A program made the position numbers and the translations under genes. DNA of 63,544 nucleotides, filler included, from Gonapodya sp. JEL0774 (lineage: Eukaryota): the NCBI GenBank assembly GCA_027604505.1. It is 38 parts of 38 records of this genome, joined end to end, with 100 filler letters (N's around TTAATTAATTAA, not from the genome) between each part and the next. Parts side by side here need not be neighbours in the genome. Positions count along the whole stretch, not along the records: positions 1 to 1,584 come from JADIIX010002910.1; positions 1,685 to 3,268 come from JADIIX010002911.1; positions 3,369 to 4,952 come from JADIIX010002912.1; positions 5,053 to 6,636 come from JADIIX010002913.1; positions 6,737 to 8,320 come from JADIIX010002914.1; positions 8,421 to 10,003 come from JADIIX010002915.1; positions 10,104 to 11,686 come from JADIIX010002916.1; 31 more parts are not named here. The stretch is one strand, 5' to 3'. The notes beneath the pieces were generated by a model, which did not search any database, was not told the DNA's origin, and saw only the letters and a list, made by a program, of their open reading frames with translations. Positions within the stretch are counted from its first letter, which is position 1. Every line of letters begins with the position of its first letter. Positions 1 through 11,786 of this stretch are shown piece by piece.

Positions 1-883
1 AACACTCTCACTCCCCTCATCAGGCTTCACCATCCCTATCCGCGACATCCGAGCCAGTGTCGGCGCCGGATTCCTGTACCCTTTATTGGGCGAGATGGCG
101 ACAATGCCTGGGTTGCCTACGGTACGTGACCGTCCCTTGGTGGTCCTTCTCGTATCTTGCCCGACTCAACCGTCTCCCATCCCCCACACTGTTTGCTACA
201 GCGACCAGCGGTTTACGATATCGATCTCACTGCTGACGGGACGATTACTGGACTCTTTTAAGCGATGCACAGCTGCACTCTACACGCACGGACTTTTCAA
301 CAAGCGGTCAGGTGGTGCGCCGACTCAACCCTGTGCGCGTTGACTTAGATACAGTGTACTTACTTTTAGCTTGACGAAACGGTTGCATTTTTGTAGAAGA
401 ATTAGATTTTGGGGTCTGCCAAGGGATCGAGCTTCAACACAACCAGCTGCGATGTTCCCATGAACACCGTGATCCACGTACTTCCAAACTTGTACAATAA
501 CCGTGAAGCTTCGTATTCCTCATCTGCGAATACACATTGTTTGGAATAAAGACTGCACTTCTTATTCCCCTTTGCAAATACACACCATAAAAAGCCCTCC
601 GCTCTCGCACATTGTTGTACTCGCTGAGACTTCTTTTATGAAAAGATTTGGGATATTGATTTCCTAACGCACACCGTCCTCCACACGACTGACTCGGGCC
701 ACGACCGTCGCCCTCTCTGTTAGAATGTCGACCACGACCAGTGGAGCCACCACCATTTGGGGCAACCATGCCCTCTCTTTGCCTCTCGAACGCATTCAAG
801 GCGACGCCTCCTTGCCTTCTGCGTACGCCGCACCTTCTCGCCCAACTTTTCCTCCTCTTGACATCCGCCAGAGTCCGGACCTC

Positions 884-1468
884 TCACGCGGCACCGCTCC
901 CACACGTACACTTGTCTAAACTCTCCATCAACTTGTCGCATATCTCGGAGAGTTCCTGAGCGGAACGGCGCGGGAAGAGGGGAAGGGGAGAAGAGATGTG
1001 GCCGGTGAGATGTTGCTACCGAAACGGAAAATCCGACTAAACAAGCAAAAGTGTGGCAATCCAATAACTTCTCCTACACCCACCACCCCGCCCCAACCCA
1101 CATCCTCCACCTCCTTACCCAGCGCCCCACCACCCCAACCCACCTTATTCTCGGCCCCCCTTTTCCCGGCCTCCTCCTCCGCCTTGCGCGCCTGCATCTC
1201 CTTTTGCTGCAACCTCGCCCGCAACAGTGTCAGCTCTTTCTCATGGGACGCGCGTACGCGGGCGATCTCGACGTTGGCTCTGGAAAGTGGTGGGGGTGAT
1301 GGTGGAGGTGAGCGGCAGCGTGGTACGGACGATACGGTACGATGTGGAAATGAATACCCACTCGTCCATCTTCCCCTCGGCGTGTTTCTTCAACTTGTCG
1401 TACTTTGCAGCCCACGCGTCCACCTCGGCCTTGGCTGCTGCGAGTTGTTTGGCGTGGCGGGCTTCCAA
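884..1468 (-). CDS. TACC-domain coiled-coil protein, C-terminal exons (5' partial)
   Basis: Splicing exons ~1468-1362, 1279-1144 and 955-884 gives ...KYDKLKKHAEGKMDE/ANVEIARVRASHEKELTLLRARLQQKEMQARKAEEEAGKRGAENK/ELSEICDKLMESLDKCTCGSGAA*. This matches the TACC C-terminus pattern (LKxHAEEKL..AN.EI..VR...ENxEL..ICD.L). Confidence 0.8.
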
Positions 1469-1584
1469 CTTCACAGGTTGGAAAATGTCCGCGGAGGAAC
1501 AGACGCCAACAGCCAGAACGACCGCGTGTGGGAGGTGAATGGGAGGGATTGGACGGGGTTGTGGGCACAACAGAGTGAGCCATT

Positions 1585-1684
1585 NNNNNNNNNNNNNNNN
1601 NNNNNNNNNNNNNNNNNNNNNNNNNNNNTTAATTAATTAANNNNNNNNNNNNNNNNNNNNNNNNNNNNNNNNNNNNNNNNNNNN
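1585..1684. other. Artificial contig linker (44 N + TTAATTAATTAA + 44 N), first of 37
   Basis: The same 100-bp spacer, with stops in all six frames, recurs about every 1.66-1.68 kb (3269, 4953, 6637 ... 61884). The contigs between linkers never increase in length (1584 down to 1561 bp). Confidence 0.99.
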
Positions 1685-2439
1685 GGAAGATTGCGAGTCG
1701 GGTTTAGTCAGAAGAAGAGAGCTTCATTGATGAAACCTCCCACCTCTCGAGTGCAGAAATATCATCTCCATCACAGAGTTCTATCGCTTTCTCATAAATT
1801 TCTTCTGAAAGGCCAGGGCATCCGAATTCTAAAGTCTCGATTCGTCGCATGCGGTCACGTTCAGCGAGCTCTCGAAATCTAAAAATCCAAGCTGAGCAAA
1901 GAAAGAGAGAGATAAAGCTTCTCCAACGCCACCTGTTCTGCAAGTCTGACATCCGATTCTGAATCAATTGTCGCTCCACAGACGAGAGGTCATGATCCCC
2001 TGCAGTCTCCGACGATATCGGGTCCTGGACTGCCCCCACCGTCATTTTCTCCACGATTCGAGCAGGAGGTTGCGCCAGCCAACAGCCAAATTGAGATGAG
2101 TAGCTAGGAGCAGTATCCAATCCTAGAATTCCTATCTTTGAACAAATCTCTTGAAAGCAACACCTTGATCGCCTCGTGAGCCCGCTACCCGAGATTCTTC
2201 CTCAATTGAAGAAGGTAATTGATGGATAGGGTACCACTGAATTGGCTAGGTCGATTCAATTAGTGATATCTTCGAAGACTTTGTGGAACTACAGAATGTA
2301 CGACTGTCTTAATCAAGGAACAGGCCACATGATTTTCAAGTTCTCTGCTCAAAACTCTCAATATCCAAATGGAACGTGACTTCTAGTTACGAACACACAT
2401 GTTTTCATCGAATGCAATTTTCGGTATGACGGGGCATAT

Positions 2440-3229
2440 CTAGTTGGGTGCGGTTGCAACCAAAAAAGTGATCCACGCGGCCCAAACTCCCAGACCAGCA
2501 ATGACAGCTGGTTGAGAGGCAAGGTAGATCAAAGCTGAAGGAGTTCCGATCGCATTGACCGGGAAAGCTGTCCTCCACACACCGCCGTGGAAGGAACTGC
2601 AATGAAATCAGCACTCGTGAGGGAACGAAGTCAGGAAATTAAAAAAGAAATCAAAATTACCCTTCACGGAACAACTCAATCGGGTTGTCAAGTGGATAGG
2701 TCGGGTGAGCCACACTGTTGGGATTGCGGACGTCGTTGATCAGCAGTGCCGCCATCACGGCATTTGAGGTTTCGGGAGCAAAGACCTCCATGGGCTTGAA
2801 GTTGTGCATTCCACCATACGCCAAGGCGAAAAGACGGTTGTGGGTAACAGAAACCGTCGATGTCGAAGGTGCAATATTGGAGGAAACAATGCACCCATCC
2901 TGACGTTCGGGCAAGCTGTGACTTAGAGTGCGATTCGGTGTATAGCCACAACTTTAGCTTACCCATCTCGCAACCATCGCCCTCCAGTGCTGGATCCTCT
3001 TCGCTAGAGCATAGTTGGGCCCCTGTCGGTCCACGATCCCGTTCACGTAGTTGATGTCTTTCTTGTTGTCATCAGTTCTGATGGGTTTGCGGTAATTCGG
3101 AGGCATGCCAGGCAAGTACTTGAACAGTGTTGACACGCCAAAGCTGTTGTAGTTGTCACGGCTGGCTTTGGCAGCTTCTGGTGTAATGACATGAACATCA
3201 GTCGGAGTGCACAGATAAGCAGCAGCGCC
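2440..3229 (-). CDS. Conserved uncharacterised protein, C-terminal part with hydrophobic tail (5' partial)
   Basis: Three GT-AG spliced exons join motifs AYLCTPTD, QGPNYALAKRIQHWRA, VSSNIAPST, SNAVMAALL and GSFHGGVWR, ending ...VIAGLGVWAAWITFLVATAPN* (stop 2440-2442). Confidence 0.7.
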
Positions 3230-3368
3230 CTGAGAGCAAAAGCATACTGTTGACATAATAAAGGACAGNNNNNNNNNNNNNNNNNNNNNNNNNNNNNNNN
3301 NNNNNNNNNNNNTTAATTAATTAANNNNNNNNNNNNNNNNNNNNNNNNNNNNNNNNNNNNNNNNNNNN

Positions 3369-3751
3369 GCTTCCACAACTTCCGAAGCTTGAAGTTTGAT
3401 CCGTCGGTTCACCGCATCGTCAAGCACACCAACAAAGAATCCGTTGGTCTTCTCCACAGTCCCTTTCATTGGATGCTGAAACGTGTATGTTTCAAAGAAG
3501 AGTTCCGAGCCACACCATGGTGGAATTCGGGATTTTAATCCAGTCTCTTCTTCAAGTTCCCTCACAGCCGTTTCAATGGGTGTCTCGCCGTCCTCTGCGT
3601 GACCTTTAGGGAATCCCCAGTGCCCTCCTGAAGTTTGATGCACAAGCAGGACCTCAAGGTGTTCGAGAGACTCGACATCCGACAAAACATGAACGGACGA
3701 ATTTTGAGTGCTTCGAAGCAGAACGAATCCGTACGATATTTCTTTGCTCAT
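3369..3751 (-). CDS. NUDIX hydrolase, Ap4A hydrolase-like (3' partial)
   Basis: HWGFPKGHAEDGETPIETAVRELEEETGL fits the Nudix box GX5EX7REUXEEXGU. ATG at 3751. Confidence 0.9.
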
Positions 3752-4143
3752 CAGGGTTTTGGATCAGCAAGATGTACTCTTCCGGCGGAAGCGCCGTCAG
3801 AGTTCAAAGAGCAAAGGCCACAGCACACCCGGGCGAATGAAGCGATACCAACAGCAAGTTTTGTCGAAGGTCGCTGCCGACCCAAACTTTGTTCCAGCTT
3901 TCTAACTTCGTTTCACCATCTCTCATGACTCCGCAGGACTTCAACCAAGCTCGGAAACTGCGGGTAACTCAAAATGAGTCTCTACCAAATAATTTTGACT
4001 AGTTCACCAGCGCATTTGCTTGGTTCAAATCATTCGACGTTCTTTCCATTTGAGGCGGTGTTTGCAGGTGTTTTGATCGTGTCGCCCCAAATCTGAACTC
4101 AAAAGTCAGCTGGCGAAGAATATACTTCTTTTGTTCATCATCC

Positions 4144-4945
4144 ATGAAGTTCCGAAGAGCAGTCGTCTCCGCTGTCTGCGCAATTACTCTTCTTTGGGCA
4201 TTGCCGTCTCCAGCGACCGCCCAAACCTCCACTGAATCGGCGGGTCCACCAGCCGCAGGGATCTCAACTCCGACGATTCCAGCGCCTGCTACAGTTCCCA
4301 AAGCAGCACCCGCCTTCACTTATGCTCCAATCGGACCTGGAGGCTCCATGACGGCGAACGCTATCCTTCCGCCACCCAATGGTAAAGTTGTAATTGGCGC
4401 AACTTGTGAGTTTGAAAACAGTCCTGTACCACCGTTATTTATGAGAAATGAATGGAAAACTTTACAATGTATTTCTTTCTCTCTGGGTATTCCTTCTATC
4501 GTTCCATGTTTTGCACCAAATGAATGATGTTGTTCAGTGAATTGGGATATTGATCAACCCCAGAATGTCTCCACCCGTTTGGGACTTCCTTATCTCGCGT
4601 ACAACATTTTTCTTTTGTTTCCTCTCACACCTACGGACTTTGCCTTTCTGGAGAAGACCGTCAAAGGGTTGCCCTTTCCGGTGTTGGGAGCGGACGGAGT
4701 GACGCTACCGTCCATCATGATTTCCCTGGAACCCGTAAACTACACCGACATATCAGACGCAGTAATCAATGGGCCCACGGCTGTTCCTGATGTTGTCAGG
4801 ATGGTGTCTGGCTTGAACCAACGCAACATCAGCGTTTACATTCGCTTCGGTCAGGAGATGAACGGCCCCTGGTGAGTGTTTTCCTCCGGTCCGACGCCCT
4901 GCTCTGACACTCAAACTTTGATTGGTGGCTCTAGGTACGCCTGGG
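4144..4945 (+). CDS. Secreted GH26-like glycoside hydrolase (3' partial)
   Basis: Signal peptide MKFRRAVVSAVCAITLLWALPSPATA, a Pro/Thr linker, then spliced VYIRFGQEMNGPW/YAW, resembling the GH26 acid/base motif (RFxHEMNGxWYxW). Confidence 0.75.
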
Positions 4946-5052
4946 TAAGCGGNNNNNNNNNNNNNNNNNNNNNNNNNNNNNNNNNNNNNNNNNNNNTTAA
5001 TTAATTAANNNNNNNNNNNNNNNNNNNNNNNNNNNNNNNNNNNNNNNNNNNN

Positions 5053-6378
5053 TACCTTTGGGTCCAAGTGCACCAATAGAATGAGCCTCGTCCACGTAAA
5101 GGAAGAATTTGTACTTCTCCTTGAGTGCGAGAATATCTTTCAGACGAGCGATGCTGCCTTCCATCGAGTAGAGGCCTTCGACGATGACCATGATTTTCTT
5201 CCAGCGACAGTGAGTCTGGGGTTGTCCGCGAGAGATGGAATCACGGAGGACGCGCTCCAAGTCTTTGATACCTTGAATGGGCAGTGCACGAACGATCAGC
5301 CTTTTGTGCTCCGCCGTTCCTTGATACGTTGACTTACTGTTGTGCCTGTACACCTTGATATGTGCACCCGATAAGCGTGCTCCAAACACGATGCTCGAAT
5401 GGTTTAATTCATCCGACAAGATGAGCCCTCCCTCCCCTATGAGTGCTGGAATGGTGGTGGAGTTTGTAGCGAAACCCATGTTCACACATAAAGCGGATTC
5501 TGTGCCCACAAAACGAGCCACCATGTATTCAAGCTCGGAGTGTATATCAAGGGTGCCTTGATGGTTTCGTAGTAAGCGGCGCAACAAGAAAAGTGTATTT
5601 TTGTTGAAAAATCTTACCGCATTCCATGCGAGGTGAAGCTGTACCAACTCCGTATTCTTCAATAACCTGTGCGACAGTGCTAGCGCAGGGTCCCTGGGAG
5701 TCTGCAAACCCGAGATAGTTGTATGAAGACAGGTTGAGACACTCCCTGATGGCACCTGTGAATCTTTCCCAGGAAGAATTTTGTCGCCAACACGAGATCA
5801 ATAGGGCGTTGCTCAAATTCTTCTGAAGAACTCACTTCCACGTGGTCTTGTGTCGGTCTAGAGGCACACGTTCGATTAGTCTGACGGTCCGGCCGGGAAC
5901 GCCCGTGATGGGGCGATTGAAGAGGTCACGGACCCGGCCGTAGATCCGGCGAGTAGAGAAATTTTCAAAATCGCTGTTCAGTGGAGCGTATCCCTGTAGA
6001 GAAGAATGCAATTCAGACTATGAGAATCGAGATCAGTGTTTGCGATCAGCCGCTCTTACATACGTTTTGTTCTCTCAAGTACGCATACTCCCCTGGTCGA
6101 AAAATTTTCCCCAAAATGTCGCGCAGCTGGCCAAACAGTATCAGTACCAACCACCCAAAGTAGGTGGTCAGTAACGTGAAAGGGGGGGTAACCCCTTCGA
6201 GGATCTGTTCCGCTTCATCATCGTCCAGTTCCGAGTTCGATTTCTCTTCTGAAAGATGCTTCTCACACCCCGTTTGTGTCTGTAGGAGGTCCTTGTATGG
6301 CCCCCTTTCGTGCTCAGCGGGGCCTGATTGGTCTTTGAAGCCATACGCCACGCGTGCCGTTGTACTTTCAATCGGCAT
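5053..6378 (-). CDS. LCB2: Serine palmitoyltransferase subunit 2 (3' partial)
   Basis: [44 protein letters not shown] and [13 protein letters not shown] across GT-AG introns. Confidence 0.95.
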
Positions 6379-7415
6379 CTTGGATCGATCAATTGTGGAA
6401 GCCCAGGGACATCACAGGCGCAAGAGGACCAAATGCGTTCGAATCCTCAGGTTTCCGACGCCGATGGGTGGCGGGAGTTATACTTGCTGTCCGCCTGCCT
6501 CCGCCTCAAGTATAATAATAAGGGCGGGGTACGTGAAATACTTTCCTCCCCTAAATATATTGGTACAGTCCTACACGCAAAAAACTCACTGCAAAGTTGG
6601 AGCTCAAATTTTGACACAACTCAGTCCTTTCCCACTNNNNNNNNNNNNNNNNNNNNNNNNNNNNNNNNNNNNNNNNNNNNTTAATTAATTAANNNNNNNN
6701 NNNNNNNNNNNNNNNNNNNNNNNNNNNNNNNNNNNNTTACGTGGTAGATTGTGTTGAGGACCGATTCCGGTGACCAGAAGGCAGAGAACATCCACTGCAA
6801 ATATATTCGATGGAAGATCGCCGAAGGCGATGGGAAAGGACATGACCGCACCTTGTTCGCACTCGCCCGTCCACGAAGTTTCTCCAGCTGACGGCATCAG
6901 CGGGAAGCACTCTGGAGACGCAGGGCTTGGACGTTCCTATGGAAGACCTGTTTAGGGTCACGTCTTGGATGGGTTCAGCGGCAAAAGTGGGTCAGCCGCT
7001 TCCCTGAAGGAGTTCACCAGACTCAGCATGATTTACTTACAGTGGAGGAATGCGCGGAGATATCAAGAGCGAAATGGTTTTGCTGCTGGGATCTCATCGA
7101 TCAGGAGTCGCGCCTGCGAAGACGGCCAGAGTGCTATGGTATCGACACCGCACGGCGCGCACACGCAGGACATTTGGAGGCAGCTCCTATGGTAAAAAGT
7201 AAGTGTTTACACCGATCACCTTTTGATTAACAAGAAATCAAATTATATGGGAGCGGTTTTAGCTAGCTCGTAATGTAGTACTCCGTAAGTTCATTTTCTG
7301 GCCAGCCTTCGTCTGTCTAAGTCAAGTACGTCAAGAAGCAATACTTCGATTATCATTAAAGAACAAGACTATTCGATTAATTAAGTAGAGCACTGACTAA
7401 GGCACTGATGTTTAC

Positions 7416-8320
7416 CTATGCGTCCACATTCTCTTTGCTCGACGCCGCAAACGCGCTGGCCCTCTTTCGCTGCCGTCTCTCCCACAAAATTTCAACGATA
7501 ACCAGACTCATGGAAGTGAATGATAAAGCCGCACAGATCGTGAATGCCTGGATGTAGCGAGGACCCCAATCCCCCCTGAACACGAGGCTGGAAAATGCGC
7601 CCCCGGAGTTGCCAATGCTTCCCATCAGAGCTGTTGACACTGCAGTTCCTGTGGTGCCTTTTGACGTATCCGCGCGCCAAGACCAGATCATCGGAGCAAC
7701 TCCGGATGAACCGCATGTTGCAATAACTGTCGACATCATCTTTAGTTTGGTGCTTTCGAGATTATGACTTCCACCTTTAACTTACAGCATGTAAAGTAGA
7801 GAAACGCGTTGCCGGCTCCGTTGGGTGGGATGACTGCAAACAGGATCATTCCGAGGATAAACAGGCTCTGGCTCGCGATCAGATGAATCTGCCGATCACC
7901 AGTGCGGTCCGAATCTGCACGTGACAAAGTTTGAATAAGTTAGGAAGTGTAGTTCAGGCAACGAACAATGAGTTGAACGTACTCCAACTGATCGCCATCG
8001 AGAAGAGGAAAGCCAGCACTTGCGGAGGCACGGTCAGAAGATTGGCGGTCGTTGAAACAAACCCAAGGTTGTTGATGATGGTAGGAAGATAGAAGCCTAG
8101 TCCCACAGCCGAAACTGCTTGCGCGAGGACTATCAAAACGTCAGGGGAGATGGAGATAAAGTGTCGAACGACCAGTCTCAGAAGAAGCCCCACCAATCTA
8201 CTCACAGATCGCCGACCAGATGTATGCGTGAACATCAGTCATGGAGGCAATGAATTCATCCTTATCAAAATGCTTGTCGTGGGCAGACGGGCCCAATTTG
8301 GTGGCACGAATACGGGTTTC
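7416..8320 (-). CDS. MFS transporter, allantoate permease (ACS/Dal5)-like, C-terminal half
   Basis: YLPTIINNLGFVSTTANLLTVPP, SDRTGDR, GTTGTA...SIGNSGG, and DWGPRY followed by a final TM helix. Confidence 0.85.
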
Positions 8321-8420
8321 NNNNNNNNNNNNNNNNNNNNNNNNNNNNNNNNNNNNNNNNNNNNTTAATTAATTAANNNNNNNNNNNNNNNNNNNNNNNN
8401 NNNNNNNNNNNNNNNNNNNN

Positions 8421-10003
8421 ATTGGTATGTTTCCAGTGTTTTGGTGTGGTCGACGCACCACTGACCGTCTTACTGTTTTGTGTAGGAGGTGCCTGTCGGC
8501 ACACTCCTTGCACAACCGCCACACAACGAACAGGTGAAGGAACATGACAGCAACCTACATGGTACTGTCCCAACGTTAATGAAAGCAGAGGCACCGCCCG
8601 GCGCTTTACATGAGGACAATGGTGCGATACGGCACCGCACGGCGCTGATCAAAGCACAAGTCTTCGGTGTATCGCTTGACAATGCGCTGCTTGACTCTGG
8701 TGCAAACTTTCCGGCTATTCGCGCGGACATTTACCGCGATTCGATTGCGGGGAAGTACGATTTTCGTAAACGAGCAAACGCATGCAAGATTCGCATGACG
8801 CTCGGTGTGTCGGGCACATATGCTACGTCTATTGGCATTGTGTTTCGTGCTACAATTTGCCTTGCGGATGGCCCACCTGTTACACAGTGGTTGCATGTGG
8901 TGGAACACTTGCACCGCCCACTCGTGTTGGGAACCGATTTTCAGACGTCAACAGGGTTGTTAATCAATTGGCGAGCGCAAACTCTCCAGTTCCCGCTTTC
9001 TTGGGAAGCGAAAGTTAAAACGACGGGATATTCCACACCAATCGCTATCGATGTGCGGTTTGATGCGGAACCGGCAGTAGATGAACATGATGCCTACGGA
9101 GTGCTCTTAGCAGACGCCGTTCACATTCCTGGTGAATCACGTGCATATGTTCGCCTAATTCCCGCAGACCTGGGTTTGCGTGTAAAAGAAAATGAAGGGC
9201 GCGAGGTGTCCACTACGGCAAACGATTTGTTCGCTGCACGAGACGGCGTCATGATTGCAAAAGGCGTGCACAAAATGGAGGTCGATGGTGTAATTTCTAC
9301 ACTGTTAACGAATTGGACTACCTCACCAATCTTGGTGCCGGCGAACTCACGTGTTGCCAGTTTTGAGTTCAGACATCCCGGGGATTATATTGCGGAAATG
9401 AACGAGATTGCCGCTGAGCCAGTTGAATTCAACTTACGGTTTGACTGTCGTGGCAATGAAGTCTCGTCACGAAGGAACGAACCCGTGGTATTTACGCCCA
9501 AAGTGGCGGCGGCAGCAGAGATTGAGGGACTCGATTTGTCCCAAAGCGACCTTCGTGATGAAGAACGTGATCGTTTGATGGATTTCTTGAAAAAGAACAG
9601 AGATGTGTTTAGTATTGGTGATACTCCGGGCTTGGTCTCCACAGTGGAGCACCGTATTGATTTGGTGGATGGAGCACAACCGATCAAATCCCGACCCCAC
9701 AGGGTTGGACCGTCTGAAAAAGCGACGATCTCTAAAGGTATTGTGGATATGTTGTGAGATGACATTATCCAACCTTCGGAGAGTGAATGGGCGTCACCGG
9801 TTGTGATGGTACCAAAGAAAGACGGCAAGATGCGCTTTTGCATTGATTACCGCAAACTCAACGCTTTAACGAAGAAGGACGTCTACCCGCTTCCACGCGT
9901 GGATGACCTCCTTGATGCAACACAAGGCGCTCGATATTACGTGGGGCTATTGGAACGTCAATATGACGCCGGAACACCGTGCGCTGACAGCTTTCATCAC
10001 GCA
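8421..10003 (+). mobile_element. Ty3/Gypsy LTR retrotransposon pol fragment (protease, dUTPase-like spacer, RT), degenerate
   Basis: Aspartic protease ALLDSGA...LVLGTDF. RT start EHRIDL...PSESEWASPVVMVPKKDGKMRFCIDYRKLNALTKKDVYPLPRVDDLLD. In-frame TGA at 9755-9757, and a frameshifting deletion near 9940 before WGYWNV...TAFIT. Confidence 0.93.
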
Positions 10004-10123
10004 NNNNNNNNNNNNNNNNNNNNNNNNNNNNNNNNNNNNNNNNNNNNTTAATTAATTAANNNNNNNNNNNNNNNNNNNNNNNNNNNNNNNNNNNNNNNNN
10101 NNNCTGTTTGTATTGTGCGTCAG

Positions 10124-11666
10124 AAAATTTTTTCCCGCTGGAGCTGGTTTATATCAAGGAAAACCAGATACGTGAGTGCCAACACCGTTTTGTTAATCCA
10201 ATCAGTGAAATGGATGGAGTGACGCTGGCGAATCTAACCTCAAGTGGTCCGAAGAGCGAACCCCGCAGAAGTCGAAGCACTGCTGAGGATCGCCAAAAAA
10301 GAGCCACAGCCCAAACTCTCTTCGATACAGAATGGTATTCTCGAACTGAAACTGGTGAATGGCGGAACAGCGAATGCACTCAATCGGTTTGGGATCACCG
10401 TGGGAGCAACTCCAAAGGAAGCTGACTGCAGGGTCCTGCCCTTGCCACCATCGTTGCTCTTCCATGGCTCAAGAGTAGCACTGCAAATGCGGGGCGCCTC
10501 AGTGCAGTGGCGTGCTGACCGTGAGCGGGCGTTCCGCCCAGGCGATAGGTTGACTTCATGGGTAGTGCTGAACACTGCACGTGGAGCGCACGGATGGCAA
10601 GACAAAGCTACGATTTTGCGTGACGCTCTGAGAAGTTTTGGGCTGGATGTTAATGACCCCGTCCGCTTCGACATTGATGGACGGTATCTGGAGGAGGAAT
10701 TTAAGGATAAAATCCTGAAGACATCCAATGAACGGGGAGCATTCTGCCAACTTGCGGGTGAGGTTTATTGATGATCATGGCCCGAGGAACGTGCAATCGC
10801 TTTCTGATATTTTTATCTCTATAGTCGTGATAATTGATCGCAAACCGAGCCCAATATATGGCGCACTGAAGACGATTGCTCTCACTGATGCAAATGCTGT
10901 AAGTAGTGACTTTGTCGGTCTTTTCTCACAGATATCTCTCAAATGGAGTTTTATTCAAAACTTGATTCAGATGGTACCGACCCAAGTCCTGGTCTGGGAC
11001 AAGTTGAGGAACCAAAAGTCCGCATATTATGCAAATGTGGCAATAAAAATAAATGCCAAGGTGCGTGACTGTTGTCGGGTGACAAAAACGGTTGTGGTTT
11101 AGTGAGTGTTTCTCTTTGTTGACCAAGATTGGAGGAACTGCTTGGGTCCTGCCCCAACAAGAATTTCCTACTCAAATCACCTCAGAGTAAGTGACTCAGA
11201 ACTCGGGGTACATTAAATAGCTCCCAGAATAAGCCATCAATCCCTTTCGTCTATCAGGCCGACCATGGTTGTTGGAATCGCACTGTCGCATGCGCCACCG
11301 GGCCATCAGAGCCCTTCCGTTGTTGGTCTTGCCCACTCTGTAGATCGCTCATTGACTCGCTATAGTGCAGTTGTTCGGGGCCAGGAAGCAAGAAGGGCGA
11401 CTGTGGATTTGGAGCCGTTGATGCAGAAGGCGTTTGAGCAGGTGGGCAAGGCATTTTCTCCTCTTCCGTTGTGCGCAGTTTCCCACACATATGTTCCTTA
11501 GTTTCAATCGGAAACTACAGCCCAGGGCCAAGCTGGAATTCTCCCCGATCGCGTTATTATGTACAGAAAGGGCGCGTCAGAGGGGCAGATGCTTGCCGTT
11601 CTTATGGACGAAATCCCCGGTATCGAACGTGCAGCAGAGAGAGTGAAACCAGGCTATCGTCCGAAA
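10124..11666 (+). CDS. Argonaute protein (end of PAZ, L2, MID, start of PIWI; partial)
   Basis: FFPLELVYIKENQ; RFGITV...CRVLP; IYGALKT; PTQVL; YANVAIKINAK/IGG; PTMVVGIALSHAPPG..PSVVG; LPDRVIMYRKGASEGQ..V..DEI; multiple GT-AG introns. Confidence 0.92.
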
Positions 11667-11786
11667 GTGAGTCTGTGTTCAATCTTNNNNNNNNNNNNNN
11701 NNNNNNNNNNNNNNNNNNNNNNNNNNNNNNTTAATTAATTAANNNNNNNNNNNNNNNNNNNNNNNNNNNNNNNNNNNNNNNNNNNN

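Noticed and set aside
9755..9757. Programmed stop-codon readthrough in pol
   Set aside because: The stop lies inside the RT N-terminus, not at a gag-pol junction, and a second lesion follows. Decay is simpler.
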